A DNA stretch of 64,000 nt from the NCBI GenBank assembly GCA_027460465.1, contig JAPZAV010000153.1, positions 5,741 through 69,740 of the forward strand. Direction: 5' to 3'. The notes below the pieces were generated by a model. The model was not told where the DNA came from. It saw only the letters and a program-made list of their open reading frames with translations, and searched no databases. The number at the start of each line of letters is the position of its first letter. Position 1 is the stretch's first letter. A program made the translations under genes and the position numbers. The stretch comes from Candidatus Methanoperedens sp. Its GTDB lineage: Archaea > Halobacteriota > Methanosarcinia > Methanosarcinales > Methanoperedenaceae. This document shows positions 60,827 to 64,000 of the stretch, in pieces.

Positions 60827-61212
60827 TTTTTCCCTGATTTCTCACGATAATCCTTTATCGCAGCATGGAGTCCATCCGCAGCAAGGTTTGAGCAGTGCAT
60901 TTTGATGGGCGGCAGTCCATCAAGCGCATCTGCCACATCATTCCTCGTTATCTTGAGTGCTTCTTCGATGGTCTTGCCTTTTGCCATCTCAGTGACCATG
61001 CTGCTGGTCGCGATCGCTGCGCCGCACCCGAAGGTTTTGAATTTTACATCCTCGAGCCTGTTGTCTTTCACCTTTATATATATCCACATGAGGTCACCGC
61101 ATACCGGGTTTCCCACCTTGCCTATGCCGTCGGCATCTTTGATCTCACCGACGTTTCTCGGGTTTGCAAAATGCTCCATTACTTTTTCGCTGTATCCATC
61201 TGCCATTATCAC
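60823..61212 (-). CDS. iscU: Fe-S cluster scaffold IscU/NifU
   Basis: YSEKVMEHF.NPRN, CGD, FGCGAAIA, KMHCS. Confidence 0.96.
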   Translation of the reverse strand: MIMADGYSEKVMEHFANPRNVGEIKDADGIGKVGNPVCGDLMWIYIKVKDNRLEDVKFKTFGCGAAIATSSMVTEMAKGKTIEEALKITRNDVADALDGLPPIKMHCSNLAADGLHAAIKDYREKSGKK

Positions 61213-61233
61213 TTTGATAAATTCAATAGTATA

Positions 61234-62418
61234 TCAATCTTTTTTAGACAGATTTGTTGAACTCGCAAGCGGGGATATCATACGAAGCTTATTCACAATG
61301 TCTGGCAGTACTGAAACCACATAGTCCACATCTTCCTTCGTGTTGCCGCGTCCAAGGGTCAATCTGAGAGAACCATGTGCATCTTCGGGCTTCAGACCAA
61401 TCGCCAGAAGAACGTGAGAGGGTTCAAGTGATGTGGAGGAGCATGCAGAACCTGTTGAAGCTGCCACTCCTTTCATATCAAGATTCAATACCATGGACTC
61501 TCCTTCGATATAGCTGAACCTGACATTCACATTATTGGGAAGGCGCTCTTCCGGATGACCGTTCAGATAGGAATCCTTGATTTCAAGAATCCCTTTGATA
61601 AGCGAGTCCCTGAGGGTGGATAATCCCGTCTCTTCTGTTAGGCGTTCCTTTGCCAGCTCTGCAGCCCTGCCGAAACCGACTATTCCAGGCACATTTTCAG
61701 TGCCTGAGCGAATATTCCTTTCATGCCCCCCGCCGTGCAGCAGGGGTTCAACCACGGTTCCTTTCTTCAAATACAACGCTCCAACGCCCTTTGGTCCATA
61801 TATCTTATGCGCGCTCAATGAGAGGAGATTGACCCCAAGCGTCTCCACGTTGATCTGAATTTTCCCCGCTGTCTGAACCGCATCAGTATGAAAAGGGATT
61901 TTCTTTTCCCCTGCGATTTTACCGATCCCTTCGATCGGCTGTATCGTGCCAATCTCGTTATTGGCATGCATGATCGTTATGAGAATGGTTTTTGGGGTGA
62001 TGGCTTTTTCAACGTCAGCCGGGTTTACGAGCCCCTGATTGCTCACCGGCAGATAGGTGACCCTGAACCCCTGTGCCTCAAGATATTTACATGTGTGCAG
62101 GACAGCATGATGCTCGATCGAACTTGTTATGATGTGGTCTCCTTTTTTTCTGTTCTTATATGCGAGCCCTTTTATTGCCAGGTTATCAGATTCGGTGCCG
62201 CTGCCTGTAAATATTATCTCTTCTTTTTTTGCTCCTATCAGATCTGCCACTTTCTGCCTTGCCTCTTCAATGGCTCTTCTTGCTTCCCTTCCAATGGTGT
62301 AAAGGCTTGAAGGATTGCCGAATTTTTCTGAAAAATATGGAGCCATCGCTTCTGCAACCGCAGGATCAACCGGAGTGGTTGCGCTGTGATCCATGTATAC
62401 TAGACGGGTCATGAACAT
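61234..62418 (-). CDS. iscS: Cysteine desulfurase IscS/NifS
   Basis: YMDHSATTP, FTGSGTES, EHHAV, NNEIG, SAHKIYGPKG, GSACSS. Confidence 0.96.
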   Translation of the reverse strand: MFMTRLVYMDHSATTPVDPAVAEAMAPYFSEKFGNPSSLYTIGREARRAIEEARQKVADLIGAKKEEIIFTGSGTESDNLAIKGLAYKNRKKGDHIITSSIEHHAVLHTCKYLEAQGFRVTYLPVSNQGLVNPADVEKAITPKTILITIMHANNEIGTIQPIEGIGKIAGEKKIPFHTDAVQTAGKIQINVETLGVNLLSLSAHKIYGPKGVGALYLKKGTVVEPLLHGGGHERNIRSGTENVPGIVGFGRAAELAKERLTEETGLSTLRDSLIKGILEIKDSYLNGHPEERLPNNVNVRFSYIEGESMVLNLDMKGVAASTGSACSSTSLEPSHVLLAIGLKPEDAHGSLRLTLGRGNTKEDVDYVVSVLPDIVNKLRMISPLASSTNLSKKD

Positions 62419-62508
62419 AAAATATAAATGCTATGCACAAGTATAAGGGTTGCCCCAATGAGGGCTGCGCCGGATTAGTTCCGGGGCTAAAGCCACAGGA
62501 GGAATCGG

Positions 62509-63219
62509 ATGGCTAAAAAAGAAGAACCAAAAGAAGTAAAAGTAACAAAAGAAGCGGCACAGGAAAAGAAAGAGGTTACAAAGAAGGAAGTGCCCCAGGA
62601 AACAAGGAAAGAAGAGAAAAAACATGAAGGGAAAGGGGAAAAAGAGCATATAAAGAAAGAGCGTAAAGGTGCTCCAAAAGAGGGGAAAAAGGAAGGTCCA
62701 GCACCAAAAGAGGGAGAACCAGAGATCAAGCATATCGTACGCATTGCAGATACAGATCTTGAAGGAAAAAGAAGCGTACAGTACGCGCTCACTGGAATAA
62801 AGGGCATAAGCAGACGAATAGCAAAGATACTGGCAGTCAATGCGGGTCTTAATCCTTATGCAACCATGGGATACCTCGATGATACAGATATCGAAAAATT
62901 ACAATCATCTGTAGACAGCATACAATCGATCATTCCTTACTGGATGATGAACAAGCAGAACGACTATTTGACTGGCGATGACAGGAATGTCATCGGAACT
63001 GATGTTTTACTGAGTGTTAATGAAGATATAAATCTGATGAAGAAGATCAGGTCATACAAAGGTGTCAGACATGAGCGCGGTCTCAAAGTCCGGGGACAGC
63101 GTACCAGGTCGACTGGCAGGAAAGGAAGAACCGTGGGTGTAACACGCGCCGCGATTGCAGCCAAAGCTGCGGCAGCCAAAGAGGGTGAAAAGAAAGAAGA
63201 GAAAGGAGCTGGTAAATAA
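62509..63219 (+). CDS. rps13: 30S ribosomal protein S13 with Lys/Glu-rich N-terminal extension
   Basis: [37 protein letters not shown]. Confidence 0.96.
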   Translation: MAKKEEPKEVKVTKEAAQEKKEVTKKEVPQETRKEEKKHEGKGEKEHIKKERKGAPKEGKKEGPAPKEGEPEIKHIVRIADTDLEGKRSVQYALTGIKGISRRIAKILAVNAGLNPYATMGYLDDTDIEKLQSSVDSIQSIIPYWMMNKQNDYLTGDDRNVIGTDVLLSVNEDINLMKKIRSYKGVRHERGLKVRGQRTRSTGRKGRTVGVTRAAIAAKAAAAKEGEKKEEKGAGK

Positions 63220-63824
63220 TGGGATACCCTGGAAAAAATCGAAAATCGTATGAAACCCCGAAACATCCCTGGCAGGCAGCCAGGATGGCCAGCGAAGTAG
63301 AACTCATCAAGAGATATGGTCTTCGAAATAAGAAAGAGGTCTGGAAAGCATACAGCGGTCTTAAGAGATACAGAGAACTGGCAAGAAAACTGCTCGCTGA
63401 GAGTACAAAAGGAAAACTTTCAGGCAGTGTGGAACATGATTCAGATAACATCATTAACAGGTTGAAGAGATACGGTCTTCTGAAAACAGAAGCAGTGCTT
63501 GATGACATCCTTTCGCTTGATGTGACCACGTTCCTTGACAGAAGACTCCAGACCCAGGTGCACAAGCAGGGGCTTGCTAATTCAATAAAACAGGCGCGGC
63601 AGTTCATTGTGCACGGGCACATCTCTGTAGGTGATAGAAAAGTCACGGTTCCAGGTTATATCGTGTCCATAGATGAGGAATTGAAGTTAGGCTATTATGG
63701 CGGTTCACCGCTATCAGGCGAATCGCATCCTTCAAGACCGGCACAGGTGGTCAAAGAAATAACGAAGGAAGCGCCGGCTCAACCAGGTGTTGAAATCAAG
63801 ATGGAGGCTAGCAATGGTAACTGA
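63219..63824 (+). CDS. rps4: 30S ribosomal protein S4
   Basis: [33 protein letters not shown]. Confidence 0.97.
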   Translation: MGYPGKNRKSYETPKHPWQAARMASEVELIKRYGLRNKKEVWKAYSGLKRYRELARKLLAESTKGKLSGSVEHDSDNIINRLKRYGLLKTEAVLDDILSLDVTTFLDRRLQTQVHKQGLANSIKQARQFIVHGHISVGDRKVTVPGYIVSIDEELKLGYYGGSPLSGESHPSRPAQVVKEITKEAPAQPGVEIKMEASNGN

Positions 63825-64000
63825 AAAATGGGGTGTTGCCCATATATATTCGTCATTTAACAATACTTTGATAACGATCACAGATCTGACAGGAGCTGAA
63901 ACCATAGCAAAAATCAGCGGGGGTATGGTGACAAAGGCTGCCAGAGAAGAGAGTTCCCCGTACACTGCTATGCAGATGGCGACCCAGATCGCAGAAAAGA
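63814..64000 (+). CDS. rps11: 30S ribosomal protein S11 (5' part, runs off window)
   Basis: Hand translation [56 protein letters not shown]. Confidence 0.95.
   Translation, partial: MVTEKWGVAHIYSSFNNTLITITDLTGAETIAKISGGMVTKAAREESSPYTAMQMATQIAEK

Noticed and set aside
1-64000. CRISPR array, rRNA or intact IS transposase
   Set aside because: No regularly spaced direct repeats, rRNA-like sequence or transposase motifs were found by eye.

Overview
Archaeal chromosomal window from a methanogen-lineage genome (Methanosarcinales; Ca. Methanoperedens-like is an inference from gene content such as cofE, mfnD-like ligase, DGGGP synthase, aIF5B, rpl7ae and GGAGG/GGTGA ribosome-binding sites). Most of it is housekeeping: aroE-tyrA, an oxygen-stress block (flavodoxin, FprA), elp3, the aIF5B-ndk-rpl24e-rps28e-rpl7ae cluster, trpDFEG and trpCBA, nadA, hisB, leuS, larC, thiC, iscSU and rps13-rps4-rps11. 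Accessory segments: (i) an AT-rich decayed element next to tRNA-Asp(GUC), with an unannotated integrase C-terminal remnant and a frameshifted hicA; (ii) an AT-rich KaiC-like/Roadblock/FIST-like/UbiA block; (iii) a PolB2 three-gene cassette; (iv) the most interesting feature, a tightly coupled four-gene cluster at 46296-51041 (KamA-type radical SAM lysine aminomutase, two Ddl-like ATP-grasp ligases, one fused to a GNAT, and an MFS transporter), which looks like a biosynthesis/export pathway for a beta-amino-acid peptide. Also found: a trpD with an internal deletion, several small genes missed by the ORF track, and a kink-turn motif in the rpl7ae leader. No CRISPR array, rRNA or intact transposase was seen. 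All family assignments come from motif recognition by eye; no database searches were run.
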